DNA of 32,000 nucleotides from Dictyoglomus thermophilum H-6-12 (GTDB lineage: Bacteria; Dictyoglomota; Dictyoglomia; Dictyoglomales; Dictyoglomaceae). A model generated the notes under the pieces. It did not search any database, was not told where the DNA came from, and worked only from the letters and a program-made list of their open reading frames with translations. Positions 20,577-28,036 of the stretch are shown piece after piece. Made by a program: the position numbers and the translations under genes. Positions within the stretch are counted from its first letter, which is position 1. Every line of letters starts with the position of its first letter. The stretch spans positions 1,428,525 to 1,460,524 of the forward strand of contig NC_011297.1 of NCBI RefSeq assembly GCF_000020965.1, read 5' to 3'.

Positions 20577-20582
20577 GTTTTA

Positions 20583-20591
20583 AGTATATCA
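20583..20591 (-). promoter_or_regulatory. Predicted extended -10 (TGATATACT) for the NusG-domain-II/nnr operon
   Basis: Minus-strand TGATATACT followed by TAAAAC and the ATG at 20576. Confidence 0.45.
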
Positions 20592-20597
20592 CAATTT

Positions 20598-20606
20598 TGA
20601 TATAAT
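20598..20606 (+). promoter_or_regulatory. Predicted extended -10 (TGATATAAT) for the nitroreductase gene
   Basis: TGATATAAT ends 10 nt before the ATG at 20617. Confidence 0.5.
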
Positions 20607-20616
20607 ATGATGCACT

Positions 20617-21282
20617 ATGGAATGGATAGCAATGTTCATTTTAATAATAATTTTATTAATAAGGTTTACTTATGCTAATAATGGTAAAACCATAAAACTA
20701 CCAAGCCCACTTTTAAAAAGTAGTATTTCAATTGAGGAAGCTCTGCTTTTAAGAAGATCTAAAAGATTTTATAAAGATAACCCTCTCACCCTCCAAGAAT
20801 TGTCCCAAATACTTTGGGCTTCCCAAGGAATATCAGACCCTGATTATAAGTTTAGGACATGCCCTTCTGCTGGAGCCTTATACCCTTTAGAAATTTATGT
20901 CTCAGTTCTAAGGGTAGATGGTATTGAGAGTGGTATTTACAAGTATAATCCAGAAAAACATGAGATAGTACAAATCTATAAAAGTTCCAAAAGAGAAGAA
21001 CTCTACGAAGCATCCTTAAAACAAGAATGGATAAAAAGAGCCCCCGTAGTGATTATAATATGTGCCTCCTTTTATAAAACAAAGGCTAGGTATGGAGAAA
21101 GAGGAATAAGGTACATCTACATAGAAACAGGTCACTGTGCTCAGAATATTTATTTACAATGTGTCTCCTTAAACTTAGGAACCGTAGCTATAGGTGCTTT
21201 TGATGATGATGAAATAAAAAGAATTCTCAACTTACCCAAATTTGAATTCCCTACTTATCTAATGCCTATTGGCAAGATTTAG
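20617..21282 (+). CDS. SagB-type nitroreductase-family protein with N-terminal membrane/signal segment
   Basis: EEALLLRRSKRFYKDNPLTLQELSQILWASQG, RTCPSAGALYPLEIYV, ETGHCAQNIYLQCVSLNLGTVAIGAFDDDEI; N-terminal MEWIAMFILIIILLIRFTYA. Confidence 0.88.
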   Translation: MEWIAMFILIIILLIRFTYANNGKTIKLPSPLLKSSISIEEALLLRRSKRFYKDNPLTLQELSQILWASQGISDPDYKFRTCPSAGALYPLEIYVSVLRVDGIESGIYKYNPEKHEIVQIYKSSKREELYEASLKQEWIKRAPVVIIICASFYKTKARYGERGIRYIYIETGHCAQNIYLQCVSLNLGTVAIGAFDDDEIKRILNLPKFEFPTYLMPIGKI

Positions 21283-21291
21283 TCATCTTTG

Positions 21292-21321
21292 TTGACAAAT
21301 TTTTAATCGTAATGTTAGACT
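21292..21321 (+). promoter_or_regulatory. Predicted promoter for the SIS-...-rad50 operon
   Basis: TTGACA (21292-21297) - 18 bp - TAGACT (21316-21321), with SD GAGGTGA at 21343-21349 upstream of the ATG at 21357. Confidence 0.5.
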
Positions 21322-21356
21322 CTTTTAAAAAATATATAATCCGAGGTGAATAAAAA

Positions 21357-22391
21357 ATGTCCGAAAAGTTTATGATTAAAGAAATAAGAGAAGGGCTCCA
21401 TATAATCAAGAATTACAAAAATCGCTGGGAAGAATTTGTGGAAGTTTCAAATAAAATAAAATCTTTTGAATTTCATAATATTATTTTTGTGGCAAGAGGA
21501 TCGTCAGATAACGCTGCTACATGGGGAAAATATTATATGGAATCCCATTTGAATATTCCTGTATCCTTATGTGCTCCATCTTTATTTACTATCTACAAAC
21601 TCCCTCCTAATCTTAAATCTTCCCTTGTTATTGCCATCTCCCAGTCTGGAGAAAGTGATGACATCTGTGAAGTCGTGAGAAAAGCCAATGAACAAGGAGC
21701 TTTGACTATTGGTATAACCAATAATCCTCAAGGAAAGCTAGCTCAAATAGCCCAAATAAATATTTTTCTAAACTCAGGAGTAGAAAGAAGTGTTGCAGCC
21801 ACCAAAACCTATTTATCCCAATTGGTCTCTATCTATTTTTTAACAAATTCAATTATAGGTAGAAGTGCATTAGAAGAATTTGATAAAATATTAAACGCTA
21901 TGGAAGATATACAAAAGAGAGAAGAGGAAATAAAAGAAAAAGTAAAACCATATAAATACATGGAACACTGTGCAATCCTTGGAAGAGGGTTTAATTTATC
22001 TACAGCTTTAGAAACTGCTCTAAAGCTCAAGGAAACCTCTTATATTATTGCTCAAGCCTACTCCTCAGCAGATTTTATGCATGGTCCCCTTGCTCTTGCC
22101 TCGGAAGGATTTCCTGTATTTTTCTTCGTTCCTAAAGGAGAAAGTATGGAACATTCCTTGGAAGTTTTAGGAACCTTAAAGGAAAAGAGAAGCGATATAT
22201 TTATATTTACCAATGAAGCTGAGCTTACAAAAGAGTATGAGGGAATCTATATAGATTGTGATGTACCAGAATACGTCACCCCTATACCTTTTATTTACCC
22301 AGCTCAAATTTTTGCTTACTATCTTGCTGAGATTAAAGGAAGAGACCCTGACAATCCTAGAAACATAAGAAAGGTTACTATTACAAGATGA
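21357..22391 (+). CDS. SIS-domain protein (GlmS isomerase-domain/glucosamine-6-phosphate deaminase-like)
   Basis: IIFVARGSSDNAATWGKYYME, VIAISQSGESDD, GVERSVAATKTYLSQL, ALKLKETSYIIAQAYSSADFMHGPLAL. Confidence 0.9.
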   Translation: MSEKFMIKEIREGLHIIKNYKNRWEEFVEVSNKIKSFEFHNIIFVARGSSDNAATWGKYYMESHLNIPVSLCAPSLFTIYKLPPNLKSSLVIAISQSGESDDICEVVRKANEQGALTIGITNNPQGKLAQIAQINIFLNSGVERSVAATKTYLSQLVSIYFLTNSIIGRSALEEFDKILNAMEDIQKREEEIKEKVKPYKYMEHCAILGRGFNLSTALETALKLKETSYIIAQAYSSADFMHGPLALASEGFPVFFFVPKGESMEHSLEVLGTLKEKRSDIFIFTNEAELTKEYEGIYIDCDVPEYVTPIPFIYPAQIFAYYLAEIKGRDPDNPRNIRKVTITR

Positions 22392-22861
22392 ACCACATAT
22401 TTCAAATATTAAAAGATTTATCACAAAATCCAATATTCATAATCCCCATATTGGTAGCTATCATCACGCAAGGAATAAAAGGGTTAATAAGAAGTCTTCA
22501 GGAGAAAAAATTCCTCTGGAGAGCCTTTTTTGAGTGGGGCGGAATGCCAAGTTCTCACTCAGCCCTTGTAGTATCACTATCTCTCATAATTGGCATAAAA
22601 GAAGGCTTCAATTCTACTCTATATATTCTTTCCATGTTCTTTGCAGGTATAGTAATAGCAGATGCCATTGGTGTGAGACTTGCCACCGAGGAACAAGCAA
22701 AAGTTATAAACAAAATTATACAAAAGGAATTAAAAGATCCTGAGTTAAAAGAGATCTACTTAAAGGAGTCTATAGGGCATACGCCCATAGAGGCTATAAC
22801 TGGAGGAATTATCGGCCTCATCTTAGCCCATGTTATATACTACACATTTTTTGTAAAATGA
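22388..22861 (+). CDS. Divergent PAP2-family (DUF212) membrane protein
   Basis: QGIKGLIRSLQ, FEWGGMPSSHSALVVSLSLIIG, ADAIGVRLATEEQAKVIN, IGHTPIEAITGGIIG. Confidence 0.93.
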   Translation: MNHIFQILKDLSQNPIFIIPILVAIITQGIKGLIRSLQEKKFLWRAFFEWGGMPSSHSALVVSLSLIIGIKEGFNSTLYILSMFFAGIVIADAIGVRLATEEQAKVINKIIQKELKDPELKEIYLKESIGHTPIEAITGGIIGLILAHVIYYTFFVK

Positions 22862-24057
22862 AAATAGCATTCTTTAGTGATACCTATATTCCTCAGAAGA
22901 ATGGCGTAGCTACCTCTTTAAATTTTCTAAAGAAGACTTTAGAAGAGGAGAATCACTCCATTTACCTTTTTATACCCAATATTCCCAACCTTCCTAAAGA
23001 AAAAAATATATATATCCTTCCATCCATAACATTTCCCTTTCAGAAAGAGCACCGAGTTGCCCTACCCTACTCTCTAAAATATGACTTTATGATAAGAAAA
23101 ATAAATCCTCATGTAATACACACCCACTCTCCTTTTTCTCTCGGAATCTTTGGACTATACGAAGGGAAAAGGATAAAAAGACCAATAATCCATACTTATC
23201 ATACACTTCTTCCAGATTATGCCTATTACATATGGGATCACTTTCCAAATTTTATAAAGCAAAACATAATAGATGAAGAAAAAGCTAGAAAAATAGCTAT
23301 CTGGATAAGCAGAGAATACTGTAATCATTCCGATTTAGTTATTGCTCCCTCAACTAAAATAAAGAGACTTCTTAAAGAATTTGGGGTAAAAAAACCCATA
23401 GAAGTACTTCCTAATGGCATAGATTTGGATAAATTTAGGAAAATTCCTAAAAATGAAGCAAGAAAAGATTTAAATCTCCCCCTTAATGCAGTACTACTTC
23501 TTTTTGTAGGAAGACTTGGAAAGGAAAAAAATATTGAATTTCTCATCGAAGTACTAGAAATTATTAAGAATAATACAGATAAATTGATCTATCTGGTTAT
23601 CGTGGGAGATAATCCCGATAAAAGAGTAATGGAAGAGCTAAAAAATAAAGCTAAGGCTCTAAACGTCTACGATAGGACTATTTTTACTGGATATTTGGAT
23701 TATGATAAAGTTATTAAAGCCTATTACGCCTCTGATATATTTGTATTTTCTTCAATTACAGAAACTCAAGGCTTAGTCATTCTTGAAGCGATGGCATCAG
23801 GACTTCCTGTGGTGGCTATAGAAGATGATGCAATTTCAGATTTTGTTAAAAATGGAATAAATGGTTTTTTAATACCCAATAATCAAGAAGCTAAGAAAAT
23901 ATTTTCAGAAAAAATAATAACCCTCATTGAGAATAGGGATTTATATGAAAAAATGTCTATAAATGCCCTTGATAACTCAAAGCTTTTCCATATAAAAATC
24001 CTTAATAAAAAACTTCTCTCCTTGTATGAATACCTGATAAAAGAATATAATATATAA
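22858..24057 (+). CDS. Glycosyltransferase family 4 protein (diacylglycerol-glucosyltransferase-like)
   Basis: FFSDTYIPQKNGVATSLNFLKKTLE, TYHTLLPDYAYY, FVGRLGKEKNIEFLIE, SITETQGLVILEAMASGLPVV. Confidence 0.93.
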   Translation: MKIAFFSDTYIPQKNGVATSLNFLKKTLEEENHSIYLFIPNIPNLPKEKNIYILPSITFPFQKEHRVALPYSLKYDFMIRKINPHVIHTHSPFSLGIFGLYEGKRIKRPIIHTYHTLLPDYAYYIWDHFPNFIKQNIIDEEKARKIAIWISREYCNHSDLVIAPSTKIKRLLKEFGVKKPIEVLPNGIDLDKFRKIPKNEARKDLNLPLNAVLLLFVGRLGKEKNIEFLIEVLEIIKNNTDKLIYLVIVGDNPDKRVMEELKNKAKALNVYDRTIFTGYLDYDKVIKAYYASDIFVFSSITETQGLVILEAMASGLPVVAIEDDAISDFVKNGINGFLIPNNQEAKKIFSEKIITLIENRDLYEKMSINALDNSKLFHIKILNKKLLSLYEYLIKEYNI

Positions 24058-24059
24058 TA

Positions 24060-25169
24060 ATGCCCGATTTTATATCTCTCTTTATATCCGAAATAAAGAA
24101 AAAAAGACCCATTCTTGAGGAACTTCTTATTAAAAGAAGTCTTAGTGACAAATCTTTTGTTTCAGAGTTTATTGGGAAGATTTGGAATAAACTTTCAGAC
24201 TCCTATCAGTTTACCAACAAACCAACATTTGCCGTAGATGCTTCCCAAAGAACCCTATCCTTCTCTTTAGGACCTTATTTAATAATAACCCAAGCTCTTG
24301 CCATAGGCTCCAATGGATATGAAAAAGCTCTTGTATCTCTCGAGCCTGTATGGGGTTCTATACCAGAAACTCAACTGGGGCTCTTAAGAGACCTTTTAAT
24401 GCAAGATTTGGAAATTAGGCTTGCCCTTCAAATTATTAAAGAAAACAAAGCTCCTTTGATATTATTTATCGATGGCTCTTTATTATCAAGAATCTCATAC
24501 CTTTTGAGGTATTTATACAGTTTTGAAGATGAAAATTACAAAAACCTTGCTCGAGAAGTACTAATAAACACTTTAGATCTTATAAATTCTTCCAAGAACA
24601 ATGTAGATGTCATCTCTATTTCTAAGTCTTCCCGAAATACTTTTCTTTTCCAAATCCTATCTCTTGACAATCCTGATATAGATAAAACAACACCTTACAA
24701 ACCCACTGATAGCGAGATCTTAAGCATATTTACTTCAGAGCCCGGATATACAACTCCACTATTGATAGGAGCAGAGATGGGGCTTGGTCACAAACAATTA
24801 GAGATCATAGAAAAGGACCCAAACCTTCAAAATATTCTTAATAATTCTCCAGCCTTTTATACCTTCTATATAAGACTTATGCCAAGAGATCAGTTCCTAA
24901 GGATAGACTTCCCAGCCAATATGGTAGGAGAAAAGTCGAGTATACTCTCCGTAAATTACTTTTGGGGGAAAGATATAAATATAGATCAAATCTTAGGAGT
25001 ATTAAGAGAAAATTGTGTAAATACGAAGATATATCAAACTCCTTTGTATTTTGTGGACCAAATTGTTAGAATAAAAAGAGAACCTGACTTAGAAAGGTAT
25101 ATAATGATTTTGAAAACTGAATTTCCAGGAATTATTGAACTTGACAGAAGTCAAGGGAGGTTCTACTAA
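24060..25169 (+). CDS. nurA: NurA-domain nuclease
   Basis: TFAVDASQRTLSFSLGPYLIITQALAI and LILFIDGSLLSRI acidic motifs, RIDFPANM; immediately upstream of herA. Confidence 0.85.
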   Translation: MPDFISLFISEIKKKRPILEELLIKRSLSDKSFVSEFIGKIWNKLSDSYQFTNKPTFAVDASQRTLSFSLGPYLIITQALAIGSNGYEKALVSLEPVWGSIPETQLGLLRDLLMQDLEIRLALQIIKENKAPLILFIDGSLLSRISYLLRYLYSFEDENYKNLAREVLINTLDLINSSKNNVDVISISKSSRNTFLFQILSLDNPDIDKTTPYKPTDSEILSIFTSEPGYTTPLLIGAEMGLGHKQLEIIEKDPNLQNILNNSPAFYTFYIRLMPRDQFLRIDFPANMVGEKSSILSVNYFWGKDINIDQILGVLRENCVNTKIYQTPLYFVDQIVRIKREPDLERYIMILKTEFPGIIELDRSQGRFY

Positions 25170-25172
25170 TAA

Positions 25173-26855
25173 ATGGAATTAAAATGTGTAGGATACTTAG
25201 TAGGAGAAAGCTATTGTGATAATTTCCAATTTATTACCAACGAAGAATTAGCTCCTAAAAGGCTCGAATATGTGGTAATCAAAGGGATTGCCTCTTCAAA
25301 TGAGGAAGTAGAAGTATTAGCTCAAGTAGAAAGTCTAAAAGCCTTTTCAGATGTACTCTCAGAAGATCAAGAATACGATGCTACAACAAAACTTTTGGAA
25401 TTAAACTACAAGATTCCTCTAAAACTTATAGCTTCTGCAAGAGTACTAGGATATTTGGACAAAGATGGAAATATTCTTCTTCCTAGATCTGTATCTCTCC
25501 CAGGTTCTCCTGTATACCTTGCCCCCGATGACCTTCTTCAAAGATTCTTTACCCACAATAAAAGCACTGCTATTGAAATAGGTACTCTTCTTTACAGACC
25601 TAACGTAAAAGTTACCCTTGACCCTAACGGCCTTAGAAGGCACCTTGCCATAATAGCTCAAACAGGGGCAGGAAAATCTTATCTCACAGGACTTCTTTTA
25701 GAGAAACTTGTAAAGTTAGGAGCAACTATACTGGTCTTTGATCCTAATAGTGATTATGTACTTTTAAGAAGAAAAAGAAACAATTTAAAAGAATTCTCGT
25801 CTATTGCCCATAATGTCACTATTTATAGAATTCCTAAAGTACAAGGAAGATTTTCCGATGATATGATAGGTGGTGTGGAACCTTACTCCATAAGGTTTAG
25901 CGAATTAGAAAATGAACAAATAGCAGAAATTCTTGGAATATCCGAATATAGCAATATAAGAGATGCCGTTGAAAAAGCAATTGAAGAATTAAGAGAGTCA
26001 AGAATAGATTTCACTCCCAATGAGTTATATGAGAAACTTAAGGATATGGCAGGAATAGAAGAAAAAGATGAAGAAGATTTTAGTCTGGACTTTGATGACT
26101 ACGAAAGAAAAATTATAGAAAAAATGGAAAAAAAGAATAAGAAAAAATATCCTGAGGAAACTATGATTGGAGCAAGGAAGGCACTAAAATATGTAAAATG
26201 GATAAAGGATTATCCTATATGGGGATTTAAAGATATCTCTCCTGAAAAAATATTAAAACCTGCCCACATATCAGTCATTGATCTTGCAGGAATAGAAAAA
26301 AATCTTCAAGATCTTGTAGTTAGTAAACTCTTAAATGATATATGGACAAAAGCAAAGTCTGAGGGTCTTCCCTATCCTTTGTTTATAGTACTCGAAGAGG
26401 CCCATAACTTAGTGCCAAAAGAAAAGGGAGAAAAATTAAAAAGTGCAAGAATAATAAACTCCATCGCTGCAGAGGGTAGAAAATTTAAAGTATTTCTTAT
26501 AGTAGTTACCCAAAGACCTTATAAAATAAGCAGTAATACTCTTTCTCAATGCGGAAGTCAAATCATTATGAGACTCACAAATCCCACTGATCAGACTGCA
26601 GTGAAAGAAGCTTCCGAAGCTCTCTCTGAGAATCTATTCCAGGATCTTCCAGGATTAAATATTGGAGAAGCAATAATTCTAGGAAGATTAACCAAAATAC
26701 CTGTAATGGTAAAGATTGGAGAAAGAGAAACTGCAGAGGGTGGATTTGATATTGACTTAGAAGAAGAATTCCAAAAAGCTTTAGACAACATAGAAAGTAC
26801 TATGATAGAAAAGAATGATACAGAAATTCTACCTGACTTTGGGAGTGAAATCTAA
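25173..26855 (+). CDS. herA: HerA-family DNA translocase/helicase
   Basis: N-terminal HAS-barrel-like region, Walker A HLAIIAQTGAGKSYLTGLLLEKL, Walker B PLFIVLEEAHNLVPKEKG, VVTQRPYKISSNTLSQCGSQIIMRLTNPTD. Confidence 0.95.
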   Translation: MELKCVGYLVGESYCDNFQFITNEELAPKRLEYVVIKGIASSNEEVEVLAQVESLKAFSDVLSEDQEYDATTKLLELNYKIPLKLIASARVLGYLDKDGNILLPRSVSLPGSPVYLAPDDLLQRFFTHNKSTAIEIGTLLYRPNVKVTLDPNGLRRHLAIIAQTGAGKSYLTGLLLEKLVKLGATILVFDPNSDYVLLRRKRNNLKEFSSIAHNVTIYRIPKVQGRFSDDMIGGVEPYSIRFSELENEQIAEILGISEYSNIRDAVEKAIEELRESRIDFTPNELYEKLKDMAGIEEKDEEDFSLDFDDYERKIIEKMEKKNKKKYPEETMIGARKALKYVKWIKDYPIWGFKDISPEKILKPAHISVIDLAGIEKNLQDLVVSKLLNDIWTKAKSEGLPYPLFIVLEEAHNLVPKEKGEKLKSARIINSIAAEGRKFKVFLIVVTQRPYKISSNTLSQCGSQIIMRLTNPTDQTAVKEASEALSENLFQDLPGLNIGEAIILGRLTKIPVMVKIGERETAEGGFDIDLEEEFQKALDNIESTMIEKNDTEILPDFGSEI

Positions 26856-28036
26856 TGATCAAAATCGTGATTACTGCAGACAATCACTTGGGAAAGTATT
26901 ACAAGAAACTGCTTCCAGAAAGATTGCAAGAACGAAGAAAAAGGTTAAGAAATGTCTTTGAGGAAGTAGTAAATTACGCTATAGAAGAAAAAGCAGATAT
27001 CTTTATCCATGCTGGAGACTTATTTGATTCCTCAACTCCCAGGAACCAAGATCTAACTTTTATTGCTCGTGAATTTTCAAAAATGGTAAAAAATAACATA
27101 AAAATATACGCTATTGGAGGAAATCATGATGCTCCAAATATGCTTGAGTCTGACTCTTACCCTATAAGGATTTTTGAAGAAGCAGGATTAATAAAGACCT
27201 TTTCCTCGCAGTCTACAATAAGCTATGAAATCTTCGAAAAAGATAACATAAGTATACTTGTTTCTGGCCTATCTCATGACCCAAGAAAAAAGGGAAAAAT
27301 AGACCCATTAGAAAAAAATGTAATAGTTCCTCCAGATTTCCCTAAGGAAAACAATTTATTCAAGATCCTAATTCTTCACTACTCCTTTGAAAAATTTGCT
27401 CACCCCAAAGCCCAAGAGCCCCAAGTCTCCACTAACACTCTTTACGATTTGCCTTTTGATCTTTATATATTAGGTCACTTACATGAACAAAACACCTATC
27501 GCTTTGCCAACAAACATGTAATTATTCCTGGCAGTACAGAAAGATTTGATTTTGGAGAAGAAAATCTTAAACCAGGATTTTATCTCTTAACTATTGAAAA
27601 GGGAAGGATAAATTATGAACATATAGAGCTGAACGTTCAGCCAATGAAAAATTTAGAAATTAAATTAACAGAAATACCACAAAAAGAACCTACAAATTCC
27701 ATTATAGAGAGAATAATAAAAAACTCCCACAAAGACCTACTTTTAAAATGCAAACTTGTGGGAGAGATTCCACTCTCCATGTATCAGTCTATTAACTTTA
27801 GTAAAATTCTCGAGGCAGGAATAAACTCTAACTTTTTGTTTGATCTTGATACCCAAAACTTAAGAATAAAGGGTGAAGAGATAAATACCCTCCCTGCTCC
27901 AGAGCTTAGTGTTGACAAAAATCTTGAAATAATTACAAAAAAATATATAGAAGAAGTTCCTGAAGACAGAGAGATAATATTAGAGGCTTTGAAATGGATA
28001 AAAGAAGAATTAAAAAGTAGAGAAATAATACTATGA
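26855..28036 (+). CDS. mre11: Mre11/SbcD-like DNA double-strand break repair nuclease
   Basis: VITADNHLGKYY, DIFIHAGDLFDSS, YAIGGNHDAPN, LILHYSFE, DLYILGHLHEQ. Start overlaps the herA stop (TAATG). Confidence 0.92.
   Translation: MIKIVITADNHLGKYYKKLLPERLQERRKRLRNVFEEVVNYAIEEKADIFIHAGDLFDSSTPRNQDLTFIAREFSKMVKNNIKIYAIGGNHDAPNMLESDSYPIRIFEEAGLIKTFSSQSTISYEIFEKDNISILVSGLSHDPRKKGKIDPLEKNVIVPPDFPKENNLFKILILHYSFEKFAHPKAQEPQVSTNTLYDLPFDLYILGHLHEQNTYRFANKHVIIPGSTERFDFGEENLKPGFYLLTIEKGRINYEHIELNVQPMKNLEIKLTEIPQKEPTNSIIERIIKNSHKDLLLKCKLVGEIPLSMYQSINFSKILEAGINSNFLFDLDTQNLRIKGEEINTLPAPELSVDKNLEIITKKYIEEVPEDREIILEALKWIKEELKSREIIL

Noticed and set aside
25446-25661. Small minus-strand ORFs inside herA (also 26591..26791)
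   Set aside because: Antisense to conserved HerA domains, no independent support.
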